Shown: positions 50,595-61,255, numbered from the stretch's first letter. The stretch: 64,000 nt of DNA from an uncultured Solirubrobacterales bacterium (GCA_963724665.1 CAVRVH010000008.1:145648-209647); one strand, 5' to 3'. Program-made: numbers and translations. The notes: generated from the letters alone by a model not told the origin.

Positions 50595-51781
50595 ACCGCA
50601 CGTTCGTAGTCGGAGTCGGCATGACCAAGTTCGACAAGCCCGGGACCAAGGAGGGCGACTATCCGGACTGGGCAAGGGAGGCTGGGCGCCTGGCGCTCAA
50701 TGACGCCGGCGTCGACTACGGCCAGGTCAAGCAGGCGTTCGTCGGCTACTGCTACGGCGATTCCACGGCGGGCCAGCGGGCCGTGTACGGGCTCGGGCTC
50801 ACTGGGATCCCGGTTGTCAACGTCAACAACAATTGCTCCACCGGCTCCAGCGCTCTCTACATGGCGCGCCAGGCGGTCAAGGGTGGTCTTGCCGATTGCG
50901 CCTTCGCACTCGGCTTCGAGAAGATGGAGCTCGGCTCCCTCGGCGTCAAGTTCACGGACCGCGTCAACCCGATCGACAGGCACGTGGCGGCGCTGCTCGA
51001 GCTGCGCGAGTGGGAGGACGCCCCGCCCGCGCCCCAGATGTTCGGCGCCGCCGGCCGCGAGCACATGGAGCGCTACGGCTCCGAGCCCGATCACTTCGCC
51101 TGGATCGGCTGGAAGAACCACAAGCACTCTGTCAACAACCCGTATGCGCAGTTCCAGGACGAGTACTCCCTGGACGACATCAAGTCCGCCAAGGAGATCT
51201 ACGCGCCGCTGACCAAGCTGCAGTGCTCACCCACCAGCGACGGGAGCGCGGCCGCGGTCGTGGCCTCGGAGCGCTTCGTGGACGAGCACGATCTCTGGGA
51301 TCGGGCGATCGAGATCGCCGGCCAGTCGATGGTCACCGACCTGTCGAGCACCTTCGACAGCCAGTCCTCGATCAATGTCGTCGGCGCCGACATGACCCGG
51401 ACCGCAGGCGAGCAGGCACTCGCCGAAGCCGAGGTCGGCATCGACGAGGTCGACGTGGTCGAGTTGCACGACTGCTTCTCCGCGAACGAGCTGATCACCT
51501 ACGAGGCGCTTGGGCTCGCCGACGAGGGCGAGGGGCACAAGCTGGTTGATGCCGAGGCGACCACCTATGGCGGAGACGGCCCCGTGGTCAATCCGTCGGG
51601 TGGCCTGATCTCCAAGGGCCATCCTCTGGGAGCCACCGGCCTGGCGCAGTGCGCCGAGCTCAACTGGCAGCTGCGAAGTCAGGCGGACCGGCGCCAGGTC
51701 GACGCCGCCGACGTTGCGCTGCAGCACAACATCGGGCTCGGCGGCGCCGCTGTGGTGACGGTCTACCGCAAGCCCGCCTGA
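50591..51781 (+). CDS. Thiolase-fold lipid-transfer protein (SCP-x-type thiolase)
   Basis: An ATGA overlap links it to the upstream gene. Motifs are [33 protein letters not shown] and [17 protein letters not shown]. Confidence 0.85.
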   Translation: MNRTFVVGVGMTKFDKPGTKEGDYPDWAREAGRLALNDAGVDYGQVKQAFVGYCYGDSTAGQRAVYGLGLTGIPVVNVNNNCSTGSSALYMARQAVKGGLADCAFALGFEKMELGSLGVKFTDRVNPIDRHVAALLELREWEDAPPAPQMFGAAGREHMERYGSEPDHFAWIGWKNHKHSVNNPYAQFQDEYSLDDIKSAKEIYAPLTKLQCSPTSDGSAAAVVASERFVDEHDLWDRAIEIAGQSMVTDLSSTFDSQSSINVVGADMTRTAGEQALAEAEVGIDEVDVVELHDCFSANELITYEALGLADEGEGHKLVDAEATTYGGDGPVVNPSGGLISKGHPLGATGLAQCAELNWQLRSQADRRQVDAADVALQHNIGLGGAAVVTVYRKPA

Positions 51782-51829
51782 CTCAGCGACTCAGCCGCTC
51801 CCGCCGAAAGGTGAGACGATCGACGGGCC

Positions 51830-53512
51830 GTGGTGACAGCGGATGACATCACGGCGGTCACCGTGTTCTCGACTCTCGGCCCGGAAGCCCGCGAGAGGCT
51901 TGCCCGTGTGGCTGCCGACCTCAGCTTCGCGCCCGGCGAGTACGCCGCCAACGCAGGCGACGACCGGGCGCTCTTCGCCGTGCTCGATGGACTGATCGAG
52001 CCGGTCAAGTCCGTCGACGGGATCGAGAAGGTCGTCGGAGAGCGCCACCCCGGAGATGTCTTCGGGGAGGTGCCGATCGTGCTCGGGACGGTTTTCCCCG
52101 TCGGATTTCGCGCGGCGGAGCAGTCGCGCGTCATGCGAATTGAGCCGCACGACTACCACGCCGTCGCCGCGGTCCATCCCGAGATCGCCGAGGAGCTCGG
52201 CACGCTGTCGAGGACCCGGATCGGGGGAACCGGCGGCCTCCAGGCGCTCGCCGCCGAGCGGCATCCGCCTCGCGCGATCGTCGTCGGGCACCGGTGGGAA
52301 CCCACGTGCACCGAGTTGCGGCACTTCCTCGACCGCAACCAGATCAGCTTCGAGTGGATCGGCGTCGACGCACCGGACGCGGCCGACGCGTGGGGTGGCA
52401 CGCTGCCGGACGAGGAGGATCTGCCCGTGATTCGCGTGATCAACGGCAAGACGGTGGCGCGGCCTCAGCTCCGCCGGGTCGCCGAGTTGCTGGGTTTGAG
52501 CACCGAGCCGGCCGCGGCCGAGTACGACACCGTGATCGTCGGCGCCGGACCCTCGGGGCTCGCCGCGGCCGTCTACGGAGCCTCGGAGGGCCTTCGCACG
52601 ATCGTCATCGAGCGTGAGGCGCCGGGAGGGCAGGCGGGCACGTCGTCGAGGATCGAGAACTACCTCGGGTTCCCCTCCGGGGTGTCGGGCGACGAGCTGG
52701 CGAGCCGCGCGCTCCAGCAGGCGCGGAGGCTCGGCGCGGAGATCCTGGTGACCCGCACGATCACGAAGGTCGACCCCGCGACGAATCAGGTGCACCTCGA
52801 CGGCGGGGATGTCCTTCAGGCCCGGACGATCATCCTCGCCTGCGGCGTCTCCTGGCGACACCTCGAGATCGAGGGATTCGACCGCCTTGCCGGCAAGGGC
52901 ATCTTCTACGGAGCGTCGCGAAGCGAGGCGCCGGGCTCCCACGGTCTGGACGTGCAGATCATCGGCGCAGGGAACTCAGCCGGCCAGGCGGCGATGTTCT
53001 TCTCCAACCACGCGCGCAGCGTGACCATCCTCGCTCGGGGAGACGGGATCGAGAAGAGCATGTCCAGCTACCTCTCAGACCAGCTCGCCGCCCGGTCGAA
53101 CATCGAGGTTCTCACCCGGACCGAGGCCACGGCCGCGCACGGCGACGATTCGCTGGAGGCGATCGAGGTTCGCAACAGCGAGACCGGTGAGACGACCCGA
53201 TTGGAGTCGGGCGGGGTCTTCATCTTCATCGGGGCGGACGCCGAGACGAGCTGGCTGCCTGGGGAGATCGCCCTCGATGACCATCGCTTCGTGCTCACCG
53301 GCTCCGGCGTGAGGGCCGCCGGCCACTGGGAGCTCGAGCGTGACCCATACCTCCTGGAGACCAGCGTGCCCGGGATCTTCGCCTGCGGGGACGTCCGGTC
53401 CGGCCCGGTCAAGCGCGTCGCCTCGGCAGTCGGGGAGGGGAGCATGGCGATCGCCTTCGTGCACCAGTACCTCAGGGAATCCAACCTCGAGCCCGACGGG
53501 GCGAGGCCCTAA
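51830..53512 (+). CDS. Cyclic-nucleotide-binding domain / thioredoxin-like domain / thioredoxin-reductase-like flavoprotein fusion lacking the TrxR CxxC
   Basis: A cNMP beta-barrel ([12 protein letters not shown]) comes first. A central Trx-fold-like segment follows. Next is the FAD site [13 protein letters not shown] and the NAD site [24 protein letters not shown] replaces the TrxR motif GVSxCATCDG. Confidence 0.8.
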   Translation: MVTADDITAVTVFSTLGPEARERLARVAADLSFAPGEYAANAGDDRALFAVLDGLIEPVKSVDGIEKVVGERHPGDVFGEVPIVLGTVFPVGFRAAEQSRVMRIEPHDYHAVAAVHPEIAEELGTLSRTRIGGTGGLQALAAERHPPRAIVVGHRWEPTCTELRHFLDRNQISFEWIGVDAPDAADAWGGTLPDEEDLPVIRVINGKTVARPQLRRVAELLGLSTEPAAAEYDTVIVGAGPSGLAAAVYGASEGLRTIVIEREAPGGQAGTSSRIENYLGFPSGVSGDELASRALQQARRLGAEILVTRTITKVDPATNQVHLDGGDVLQARTIILACGVSWRHLEIEGFDRLAGKGIFYGASRSEAPGSHGLDVQIIGAGNSAGQAAMFFSNHARSVTILARGDGIEKSMSSYLSDQLAARSNIEVLTRTEATAAHGDDSLEAIEVRNSETGETTRLESGGVFIFIGADAETSWLPGEIALDDHRFVLTGSGVRAAGHWELERDPYLLETSVPGIFACGDVRSGPVKRVASAVGEGSMAIAFVHQYLRESNLEPDGARP

Positions 53513-53919
53513 TCCTCGCTGGGCGGACGGCGCTGCGCCTTCCGCTGGGATTGCCGGCGCTTCCCCTCCAGCCGCCGTTCTCGGGCGGCTCGTGATGGCT
53601 TCGTGGCCCGTCGCGGCTTCGGACGACGCAGGCCGGCGGCGATCTTTTCGCGCAGGCGTTCCAGGGCCAGCTCGCGATTGCGGGCCTGGCTACGGGCGTC
53701 TTGCGCGACGGCGGTGACGCGATCGCCGAGCTTTCGCCGGAGCAGAGCCCGCTGCTGATCCGTGAGGGCCTTCGAAGACTCGACGTCGAAGACCGCCTCG
53801 ATCCGCGACGCGGTCACGTTCGCGTGCTGGCCGCCCGGGCCGGAGGAGCGGCTCGCGCGCAACTCAATCTCGTCGAGCGGAATGACCGTGCCGCCTGCGA
53901 CCTGTATGCCGTCCTCCAT
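53509..53919 (-). CDS. arfB: Alternative ribosome-rescue factor ArfB (peptidyl-tRNA hydrolase, YaeJ family)
   Basis: 136 aa with the GGQ motif [12 protein letters not shown] and a basic C-terminal tail. Confidence 0.85.
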   Translation of the reverse strand: MEDGIQVAGGTVIPLDEIELRASRSSGPGGQHANVTASRIEAVFDVESSKALTDQQRALLRRKLGDRVTAVAQDARSQARNRELALERLREKIAAGLRRPKPRRATKPSRAARERRLEGKRRQSQRKAQRRPPSED

Positions 53920-53978
53920 GGACCCATAACGTAACCTCGTGCCTCGTCAACACTTCGACTCAGGAGACCAGCCCACCC

Positions 53979-55460
53979 GTGAGCACCGCCACCAGCGCCC
54001 CGACAACGACTCACCTCGATTTCAAGGTCGCCGACCTCTCCCTGGCTGAGTTCGGCCGCAAGGAGATCCGGCTTGCCGAGCATGAGATGCCTGGTCTGAT
54101 GGCGACGCGCGAGGAGTTCGGGGAGTCCAAGCCCCTCAAGGGCGCGCGGGTCACCGGATCGCTGCACATGACGATCCAGACCGCGGTGCTGATCGAGACG
54201 CTGGTCGCGCTGGGCGCGGAGGTCCGCTGGGCAAGCTGCAACATCTTCTCGACCCAGGACCATGCCGCTGCCGCCGTGGCCGTTGGGCCCGACGGCACCC
54301 CCGAGGATCCCAAGGGAATTGCCGTGTTCGCCTGGAAGGGCGAGACGCTGGAGGAGTACTGGGACCTCGCCATGCAGGCGCTGCTCTGGCCGGAGCCGGG
54401 CCCCAACGGCGAGACCGGCTGCAACATGCTGCTCGACGACGGCGGCGATGCAACCCTCCTGGTCCACAAGGGCGTCGAGTGCGAGGCGGCCAGTGCAGTC
54501 CCCGGCGATGAGACCGCCGGCTCCGAGGAGGAGAAGGTGATCCTCCAGCTGCTCCGCAAGAGCCTTGCCGACGATCCGCAGCGCTTCACCAAGATGGCCG
54601 AGGGGATCAAGGGCGTCACTGAGGAAACGACCACCGGCGTCGTCCGCCTCTACGAGCGCCAGGCGAACGGCACGCTGCTCTTCCCGGCGATCAACGTCAA
54701 CGACTCCGTCACCAAGTCCAAGTTCGACAACATCTACGGCTGCCGCCACTCGCTGATCGACGGCATCAATCGGGCCACCGACGTGATGATCGGCGGCAAG
54801 ACCGCCGTGATCTGCGGCTTCGGCGACGTCGGCAAGGGCTGCGCCGAGTCACTGCGGGGTCAGGGCGCCCGGGTGATCGTCACCGAGATCGACCCGATCT
54901 GCGCGCTCCAGGCGGCGATGCAGGGCTACGAGGTCCGCAAGCTGGAGAGCGTGATCGAGGAAGGCGACGTCTTCGTCACCGCCACTGGCAACCGCGACGT
55001 GATCACGGTCGACCACATGGCCGCGATGAAGCATCAGGCGATCGTGGGCAACATCGGCCACTTCGACGACGAGATCCAGATGGCCGCTCTCGAGCAGTAC
55101 GACGGCATCGAGCGGATCAACATCAAGCCGCAGGTCGACGAGTGGCGCTTCCCCGACGGCCACTCGATCATCGTGCTCTCCGAGGGCCGTCTGCTGAACC
55201 TCGGCAACGCCACCGGCCACCCGAGCTTCGTGATGTCGAACTCGTTCACCAACCAGGTGATCGCTCAGCTCGAGCTCTTCGGCAAGGCTGAGGCTTACGG
55301 CAAGGAGGTCTACGTGCTGCCAAAGCACCTGGACGAGAAGGTGGCCCGCCTTCATCTCGACGCGCTCGGCGTCGAGCTCTCAGAGCTCAAGCCGGAGCAG
55401 GCGTCCTACATCGGCGTCCCGGTCGAGGGCCCATACAAGAGCGACCAATACCGCTACTAG
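53979..55460 (+). CDS. ahcY: Adenosylhomocysteinase
   Basis: 493 aa with [43 protein letters not shown] and IGHFDDEI. Confidence 0.97.
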   Translation: MSTATSAPTTTHLDFKVADLSLAEFGRKEIRLAEHEMPGLMATREEFGESKPLKGARVTGSLHMTIQTAVLIETLVALGAEVRWASCNIFSTQDHAAAAVAVGPDGTPEDPKGIAVFAWKGETLEEYWDLAMQALLWPEPGPNGETGCNMLLDDGGDATLLVHKGVECEAASAVPGDETAGSEEEKVILQLLRKSLADDPQRFTKMAEGIKGVTEETTTGVVRLYERQANGTLLFPAINVNDSVTKSKFDNIYGCRHSLIDGINRATDVMIGGKTAVICGFGDVGKGCAESLRGQGARVIVTEIDPICALQAAMQGYEVRKLESVIEEGDVFVTATGNRDVITVDHMAAMKHQAIVGNIGHFDDEIQMAALEQYDGIERINIKPQVDEWRFPDGHSIIVLSEGRLLNLGNATGHPSFVMSNSFTNQVIAQLELFGKAEAYGKEVYVLPKHLDEKVARLHLDALGVELSELKPEQASYIGVPVEGPYKSDQYRY

Positions 55461-55498
55461 CCCCAGGTCTGAGGCGGTGGCTGGGTCTGGCCCTCCCC

Positions 55499-56680
55499 GT
55501 GGCTCTGGCGCTCGCGATCCACGCGAGCCCGGCCAGCGGTAGGGGGATCCACCTCCGGCCCGTCGGGTCGTTCGACGAGCCGATCTACGTGACCTCCCCG
55601 CCGCGCGACCGGCGCCTGTTCGTTGTCGAGAGGGCAGGCCGCATTTTCGCGGTGAAGCGCGGAAGGGTGCTCCCGACCCCGTTCCTCGACATCCGCTCCC
55701 TTGCGGTGACCGGCGGCGAGCGGGGCCTGATTTCGATGGCATTCGACCCGCACTACGCGTCGAATGGGCTCTTCTACGTGTTCTTCACGGGCAGTGGAAG
55801 CGCGGGGTCGGATGTCGGTGACATTCACATGGACGAGTTCCGGGTCAGCGCCAACCCCAACGTCGCGGATCCCAACAGTCGCAGGCGAGTCTTGACCATC
55901 CCGCACAGCGCCGATCCGACCCACAATTCAGGGCAGCTGCAATTCGGCGACGATGGCTTTCTGTACGTCTCCGTCGGGGATGGGAACGATGGCGCGAACG
56001 CCCAATCGACCGAGAACCTGCTCGGGAAGATCCTGCGGATCGATCCCCACGGGACCACCGATGGCGCGTACAGCTCACCTCCGTCGAATCCATTTGCCGG
56101 CACGATCCCGGGGCGGGACGAGATCTGGGCCCTTGGTTTCCGCAATCCGTACCGGTTCTCGTTCGACCATCTGACCGGGGACCTGGCGATCGGTGAGGTT
56201 GGCGACAACTCATTCGAGGAGATCGACTTCGCGCGTGCGTCGAAGGGTCTCGCGCGAGGTGCGAACTTCGGCTGGCCGGAATGCGAGGGATTCCAGGGGG
56301 TGGGCTGCAGTGGGCCCGTATTCACCCCGCCGGTGTTCGCCTACCCGCACAGGCCGCCATGCGACGCGATCATCGGAGGCTACGTCTACCGAGGGACCGC
56401 GATCCCGCAGCTGGAGGGTCGGTACGTCTACAGCGACCTCTGTTACAACGTTCTGCGCTCGATCCGGCTTGGATTTCCCAGCGCCAAGGGTGATCGCTCC
56501 GAGAGGGTCGTGGTTCCCGGGAATGTGATCTCGTTCGGAGAGGACGCAAGCTGTGAGCTGTACGTCGTGGGTGCGACTCTCGTCGAGAAGATTGTCGGTT
56601 CTCGGAAGAGCAGCGGCTGTATGCGGCCGGGGAGCTGCAGGAAGCACGGGAGGAGAAATTGCAAGAGGAAGCGGCGATGA
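55499..56680 (+). CDS. PQQ-dependent sugar dehydrogenase (sGDH/sorbosone dehydrogenase beta-propeller family), secreted, with Cys-flanked basic tail
   Basis: HNSGQLQFGDDGFLYVSVGDG, GFRNPYRFSFD and GANFGWP. The tail is GCMRPGSCRKHGRRNCKRKRR. A better signal peptide (LRRWLGLALPVALALA) appears if translation starts at CTG 55469. Confidence 0.8.
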   Translation: MALALAIHASPASGRGIHLRPVGSFDEPIYVTSPPRDRRLFVVERAGRIFAVKRGRVLPTPFLDIRSLAVTGGERGLISMAFDPHYASNGLFYVFFTGSGSAGSDVGDIHMDEFRVSANPNVADPNSRRRVLTIPHSADPTHNSGQLQFGDDGFLYVSVGDGNDGANAQSTENLLGKILRIDPHGTTDGAYSSPPSNPFAGTIPGRDEIWALGFRNPYRFSFDHLTGDLAIGEVGDNSFEEIDFARASKGLARGANFGWPECEGFQGVGCSGPVFTPPVFAYPHRPPCDAIIGGYVYRGTAIPQLEGRYVYSDLCYNVLRSIRLGFPSAKGDRSERVVVPGNVISFGEDASCELYVVGATLVEKIVGSRKSSGCMRPGSCRKHGRRNCKRKRR

Positions 56681-56753
56681 CGAATCCACAGAAGCGACCA
56701 GCACCGCTGCCCGAGATCTGTCGAGGGGGGCCGAATCCGCCCTCCCGGCGGGC

Positions 56754-58049
56754 ATGATGTCCGGCGGGATGCGAGTGAGGATGCGGATCGCCCTGATTGC
56801 CGGGTGCCTGATCGCCGCCTTGGCGACGGCCGCGCGCGCCGACGCCATCGCCCTGCAACCGGTGGGGAGCTTCAACGAGCCGGTCTTCGTGACCGCCCCG
56901 CCGGGCGATCAGCGCCTCTTCGTAGTCGAGCGTCCCGGCTACATCCAGGTGATCCACAACGGCATCACCAGCCAGTTCCTCGACATCCACGATCTCGTGG
57001 ACACCACTGGCGAACGGGGCTTGCTCTCGATGGCGTTCGATCCCAGCTACGCGAGCAATGGGCTCTTCTACGTCTTCTTCAACGACAACGGGACCGCCGG
57101 GGCCGCCCTCGGGGACATACACATCGACGAATTCCACGTCGGCTCCGATCCGAACGTTGCGAACCGGGCGACCCGCCGCCCCGTCATGACGATCAGCCAT
57201 AGCAGTGCGAGCTACCACAACGGCGGCCAGCTCCAGTTCGGGAAGGACGGGCTGCTCTACATCTCGGTTGGCGAGGCGGGAGACGGGGCGAACGCCCAGA
57301 CGCTCGCCAACCCGCTCGGCAAGATCCTGCGGATCGATCCGCACGGCGGCGCGCCTGGGGTCCACGAGATCCCGCCGTCGAATCCGTTTGTCGGGAGTCC
57401 CACGCCGGAGATCTGGTCTCTCGGACTGCGAAATCCCTTCCGGTTCTCCTTCGATCACCTGACCGGGGACATGATCATCGGCGACGTTGGCGCCGGTGCC
57501 CGCGAGGAGGTCGACTTCGCACCGTCCTCGGCAGGCCTCGGCGAAGGCGCGAACTACGGCTGGCCCGACTGCGAGGGCTTCTCGGGATCGTGTGGAGGCT
57601 TCACTGCACCGGTCTTCGACTATCCGCACAACGCTCCGTGCAACGCGATCATCGGCGGCTACGTCTACCGGGGTACCCAGATTCCCGAGCTCGCCGGGCG
57701 CTATCTGTACACGGACCTCTGCCATCCGGAGCTTCGCTCGATGCAGCTCGGACTCCCGCTGGCGAGCGGTGATCGGTCCGAAGGCATCTCGGGGCCCGAC
57801 AGCCCGAACTCGTTCGGCGAGGACGCCGCCTGCAACCTCTACGTGATGGGCTCGGGAGAGGTCGACAGGATCGTGAGCTCGAATCCACCGGCCGTCGCCC
57901 CCGCCTGCACTGCGCCTGCGGTGACAAAGAAGTGCAAGCGCCACAAGCACAAGAAGCACAAGAAGCACAAGAAGCACGCCGCGAGCGCGAAGAAGAAGCA
58001 CAAGAAGAAGCAGTGCAAGAAGAAGAGGAAGCACAAGAAGAAGAAGTAG
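56754..58049 (+). CDS. PQQ-dependent sugar dehydrogenase paralogue with 40-aa Lys/His polybasic C-terminal tail
   Basis: Signal peptide MRIALIAGCLIAALATAARA, then HNGGQLQFGKDGLLYISVGE and GLRNPFRFSFD. The tail is KKCKRHKHKKHKKHKKHAASAKKKHKKKQCKKKRKHKKKK. Confidence 0.8.
   Translation: MMSGGMRVRMRIALIAGCLIAALATAARADAIALQPVGSFNEPVFVTAPPGDQRLFVVERPGYIQVIHNGITSQFLDIHDLVDTTGERGLLSMAFDPSYASNGLFYVFFNDNGTAGAALGDIHIDEFHVGSDPNVANRATRRPVMTISHSSASYHNGGQLQFGKDGLLYISVGEAGDGANAQTLANPLGKILRIDPHGGAPGVHEIPPSNPFVGSPTPEIWSLGLRNPFRFSFDHLTGDMIIGDVGAGAREEVDFAPSSAGLGEGANYGWPDCEGFSGSCGGFTAPVFDYPHNAPCNAIIGGYVYRGTQIPELAGRYLYTDLCHPELRSMQLGLPLASGDRSEGISGPDSPNSFGEDAACNLYVMGSGEVDRIVSSNPPAVAPACTAPAVTKKCKRHKHKKHKKHKKHAASAKKKHKKKQCKKKRKHKKKK
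57948..57974 (+). repeat. (CACAAGAAG)x3 tandem repeat inside the polybasic tail coding region
   Basis: Three exact 9-nt units are read directly. AAG/CAC-rich sequence flanks them from 57927 to 58046. Confidence 0.9.
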
Positions 58050-58089
58050 ATAGGCAACTCCGGCCGCGGTCTGAGAACCTGTCGCCCTG

Positions 58090-59133
58090 ATGAGGGCGAT
58101 GATCCTGGCGGCGGGGCTGGGCACGCGGCTGCGGCCGCTCACCTACGTGATGCCGAAGCCGGTGGCGCCGGTGCTGAACCGGCCGATCGTCGCCTGGATC
58201 GCCGATCTCCTGCGGCAGCACGGCTTCGATGACGTCGTGACCAACCTCTCCTACCTGCCCGAGCAGATCCGCGCCGTGCTCGGAGACGGGTCGAACTTCG
58301 GCCTGCGGATCTCCTACAGCGAGGAGCCCGAACCGCTGGGAACGGCGGGCGGCGTCGGCAAGGTGCGCGACTTCCTGAGCGAGACCGATTCCTTCCTGAT
58401 CATCTCCGGCGACGCCCTGACCACCATCGACCTGGCCGCGATGCGTGAGGCGCACGAGGCCAACGTCGAGCGCGGCGCGATCCTCACCATCGCCACCAAG
58501 CGGGTCGACGACACCAGCCAATTCGGCGTCGCGATCACCGACGACGACGGCCGCGTCCAGGGATTCCAGGAGAAGCCGGAGCCCGCGGAGGCGCTGTCGG
58601 ACCTCGCCAACTGCGGCATCTACATGTTCCGGCGCGAGATCTTCGACCACTTCCCGCCGCTCGATCAGAAGAGCCCCGCGGGGGATGACGACCAGCCGCC
58701 AGGCTTCGTCGACTGGGCGATGGACATCTTTCCGTCCCTCCTCGATGGAGACATTCCGTTCTACTCGCACGAGATCGGCGCTTACTGGAACGACATCGGC
58801 TCCGTCAGCGAGTTCGTCCAGGGCAACCTCGACGCGCTCGCGGGATCGGTCGGCGTCGAGCCGCCGGCGCCCGCCGTCAAGGATGGGGTCTACGCCGGCG
58901 AGGGATCGGATCTCGACGGCGTCAAGGTGAAGCCGCCCGTGCTGATCGGACCCGGCTGCCAGGTGGGCACCGGGGCGGACCTGCACGGCCCGGTGGTGGT
59001 CGGGGACGGCTGCCGCCTGGGAGCGGGGGCGATGCTGCGCGACTGCGTCGTGCTTCCCGGCGCGGAGGTCCCGGCCGGGGGACTGGTCGTCGGCGGCCTC
59101 TACGGGGTCCAAGCCGACAGGCCTCTCGGCTGA
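58090..59133 (+). CDS. NDP-sugar pyrophosphorylase with C-terminal LbH domain (paralogue of 48601-49584)
   Basis: The N-terminus is [28 protein letters not shown], with GYWNDIGS-like YWNDIGSV and hexapeptide repeats. Confidence 0.85.
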   Translation: MRAMILAAGLGTRLRPLTYVMPKPVAPVLNRPIVAWIADLLRQHGFDDVVTNLSYLPEQIRAVLGDGSNFGLRISYSEEPEPLGTAGGVGKVRDFLSETDSFLIISGDALTTIDLAAMREAHEANVERGAILTIATKRVDDTSQFGVAITDDDGRVQGFQEKPEPAEALSDLANCGIYMFRREIFDHFPPLDQKSPAGDDDQPPGFVDWAMDIFPSLLDGDIPFYSHEIGAYWNDIGSVSEFVQGNLDALAGSVGVEPPAPAVKDGVYAGEGSDLDGVKVKPPVLIGPGCQVGTGADLHGPVVVGDGCRLGAGAMLRDCVVLPGAEVPAGGLVVGGLYGVQADRPLG

Positions 59134-59199
59134 CGCCTGGCGTTTTCGCGAGGTCTTCACAGCGCTGAAGGGAGGCGTCCGATCGGTCGTACTCATTAG

Positions 59200-59622
<423 letters not shown>

Positions 59623-59632
59623 GATTGCGGCC

Positions 59633-60034
59633 GTGCCGTTCACGCTCAGGAACCTCAAGGAGGACCTGGAGGACGTCGGGTCCAATTTCGACGGCCCGCC
59701 GGATCTGGAGTTCCGCATGGCGACCGATGCGCTCGAGCTGGAGCAATCCGGCCTGAGCTACCAGCGCGTCCCGCCCGGCTATCGCTTTCCGTACGGCCAC
59801 ACGCACACGAAGCAGGAGGAGGTGTACGTGGTCGTCCGCGGGAGCGGACGGATGAAGCTCGACTACGAGGTCGTCGAGCTCAAGGAGTGGGACGCGGTGC
59901 GCGTCCCGCCCGGTACGTGGCGAGGCTACGAGGCCGGACCGGAGGGCCTCGAGATCCTCGTCATCGGCGCACCCAGTCTCGGCGAAGGTCGGCGGGAAGA
60001 CGTCGAGGGCCAGCGCGACTGGTGGGCTGACTAG
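59633..60034 (+). CDS. Cupin-domain protein
   Basis: The cupin motifs are GHTHTKQEEVYVVVRGSG and VRVPPGTWRGYEAG. GTG 59633 is preferred over 59588, which overlaps the previous ORF. Confidence 0.7.
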   Translation: MPFTLRNLKEDLEDVGSNFDGPPDLEFRMATDALELEQSGLSYQRVPPGYRFPYGHTHTKQEEVYVVVRGSGRMKLDYEVVELKEWDAVRVPPGTWRGYEAGPEGLEILVIGAPSLGEGRREDVEGQRDWWAD

Positions 60035-60047
60035 CTCTGTCCGGTCC

Positions 60048-60515
60048 CTAGGACTGCAGCTCGCGGATCACGTCGTCCGCCCACGGGTTGTCGCCCAGGC
60101 CCTCCTGGTCGCAGACGATCTTCTCTCCGTCGGCGAACTCGAGTGTCAACCGGGTCGTGGTCTGTCGGTCGTCGGTGGTCGCCTTGATGCCGGCCCGGTC
60201 CCAGGACGCGGACTCTTCCTTGATCTTCACACCGCTGCGGCCAGGCTTGTACTTGAAGGCGTACAGGCGATCGGGCGTGACGGCCAGCATGAACTGACCG
60301 GGCAGGCCGCCGGCCTTCGACTTGCCCAGCTTGTGGGCGGCCCCATAGGCCAGCGCGCCGACTTGGAGCTTGCTGATCGCCAACTTGGTTCCGGCGCCGG
60401 TCGGGCGAAAGGCGCCGACGGCGAGGACCTCTCCGTCCACGTGGGGCTCCACGGAGGTCCGGTACTTCCCGCGCCACTCCTCGGCCACCTCGGGGCTGAT
60501 GTCGAAGCGTCCCAT
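60048..60515 (-). CDS. Hypothetical protein
   Basis: 155 aa from an ATG preceded by GAAGGAGG. It shows coding-like composition. I recognise no motif. Confidence 0.6.
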   Translation of the reverse strand: MGRFDISPEVAEEWRGKYRTSVEPHVDGEVLAVGAFRPTGAGTKLAISKLQVGALAYGAAHKLGKSKAGGLPGQFMLAVTPDRLYAFKYKPGRSGVKIKEESASWDRAGIKATTDDRQTTTRLTLEFADGEKIVCDQEGLGDNPWADDVIRELQS

Positions 60516-60625
60516 CCTTGGGTCCCCTCCTTCTCGTTCCCCTGTGTTGTGAGCTGAATCTACTTCCTTGCCAATGCACGCGCCATCCGTGATTTCCGGA
60601 GGCGGACGGTCGTTCGATCGCATCG

Positions 60626-61243
60626 CTGGTCGAACAGCTCGTTGCGCTCGCCGCCCCGCCACTGTGCGCGGCGTGCGGCGCCGGTTGCCCGTCGGAGGGA
60701 GTGCTCTGCGAGCGCTGTTCAGCGGATCTGGCGGCGGCCCCGCGGGTGATGGAGCCCGGCCCTCCCGGGGTCGACCTTGCCGTCGCGGCCTCTCCGTTCG
60801 ACGGAGTGGCGCGGGAGGTCGTGCACGGGCTCAAGTACTCCCGCAGGCTGTCCCTCGCGGCCGTCGCAGCCGTCGCCATGCTGCGCGCGCTGCCGGCGCA
60901 TGAGCTCGGCGATGCGCTCGTCCCGGTGCCGGCTGGCCCGCTGCGCTGGCGCTGGCGCGGGTTCGATCCCGCCGAGGAGATCGCCCTTGCGCTCGGCGCC
61001 CACGCCGGCCTGCCGGTGGTCGATTGCCTGCGGCGGGCGCGCGGCCGCAGGCAGGTGGGGCGGAGAAGGTCAGATCGGCTCGCCGATCCGCCGCGGGTGT
61101 GGCGGACGCAGCATTGTGCGAGACGCATCCTTGTGGTGGATGACGTTTGGACCACCGGCGCCACGCTCTCGGCCTGCGCTCAAGCACTGCGCGAGGGTGG
61201 CGCGCGCCGCATCGTCGCGCTGACGCTGGCCCGCACGCTTTAG
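60626..61243 (+). CDS. comF: ComF-family phosphoribosyltransferase-fold protein; start unresolved
   Basis: The PRT motif is ILVVDDVWTTGATL. The N-terminal double-CxxC (PPLCAACG…VLCERC) begins upstream of the first canonical start (GTG 60701). Only CTG 60626 or ATC 60617 are in frame after the stop at 60590-60592. Confidence 0.7.
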   Translation: MVEQLVALAAPPLCAACGAGCPSEGVLCERCSADLAAAPRVMEPGPPGVDLAVAASPFDGVAREVVHGLKYSRRLSLAAVAAVAMLRALPAHELGDALVPVPAGPLRWRWRGFDPAEEIALALGAHAGLPVVDCLRRARGRRQVGRRRSDRLADPPRVWRTQHCARRILVVDDVWTTGATLSACAQALREGGARRIVALTLARTL

Positions 61244-61255
61244 ACACTCGGTCCC

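Noticed and set aside
53920-53978. Possible SAH riboswitch upstream of ahcY, which is a common context for it.
   Set aside because: The intergenic space is only 59 nt, shared with the divergent arfB start. It is too short for the ~70-80-nt pseudoknotted element as I recall it, and I could not identify its conserved core.
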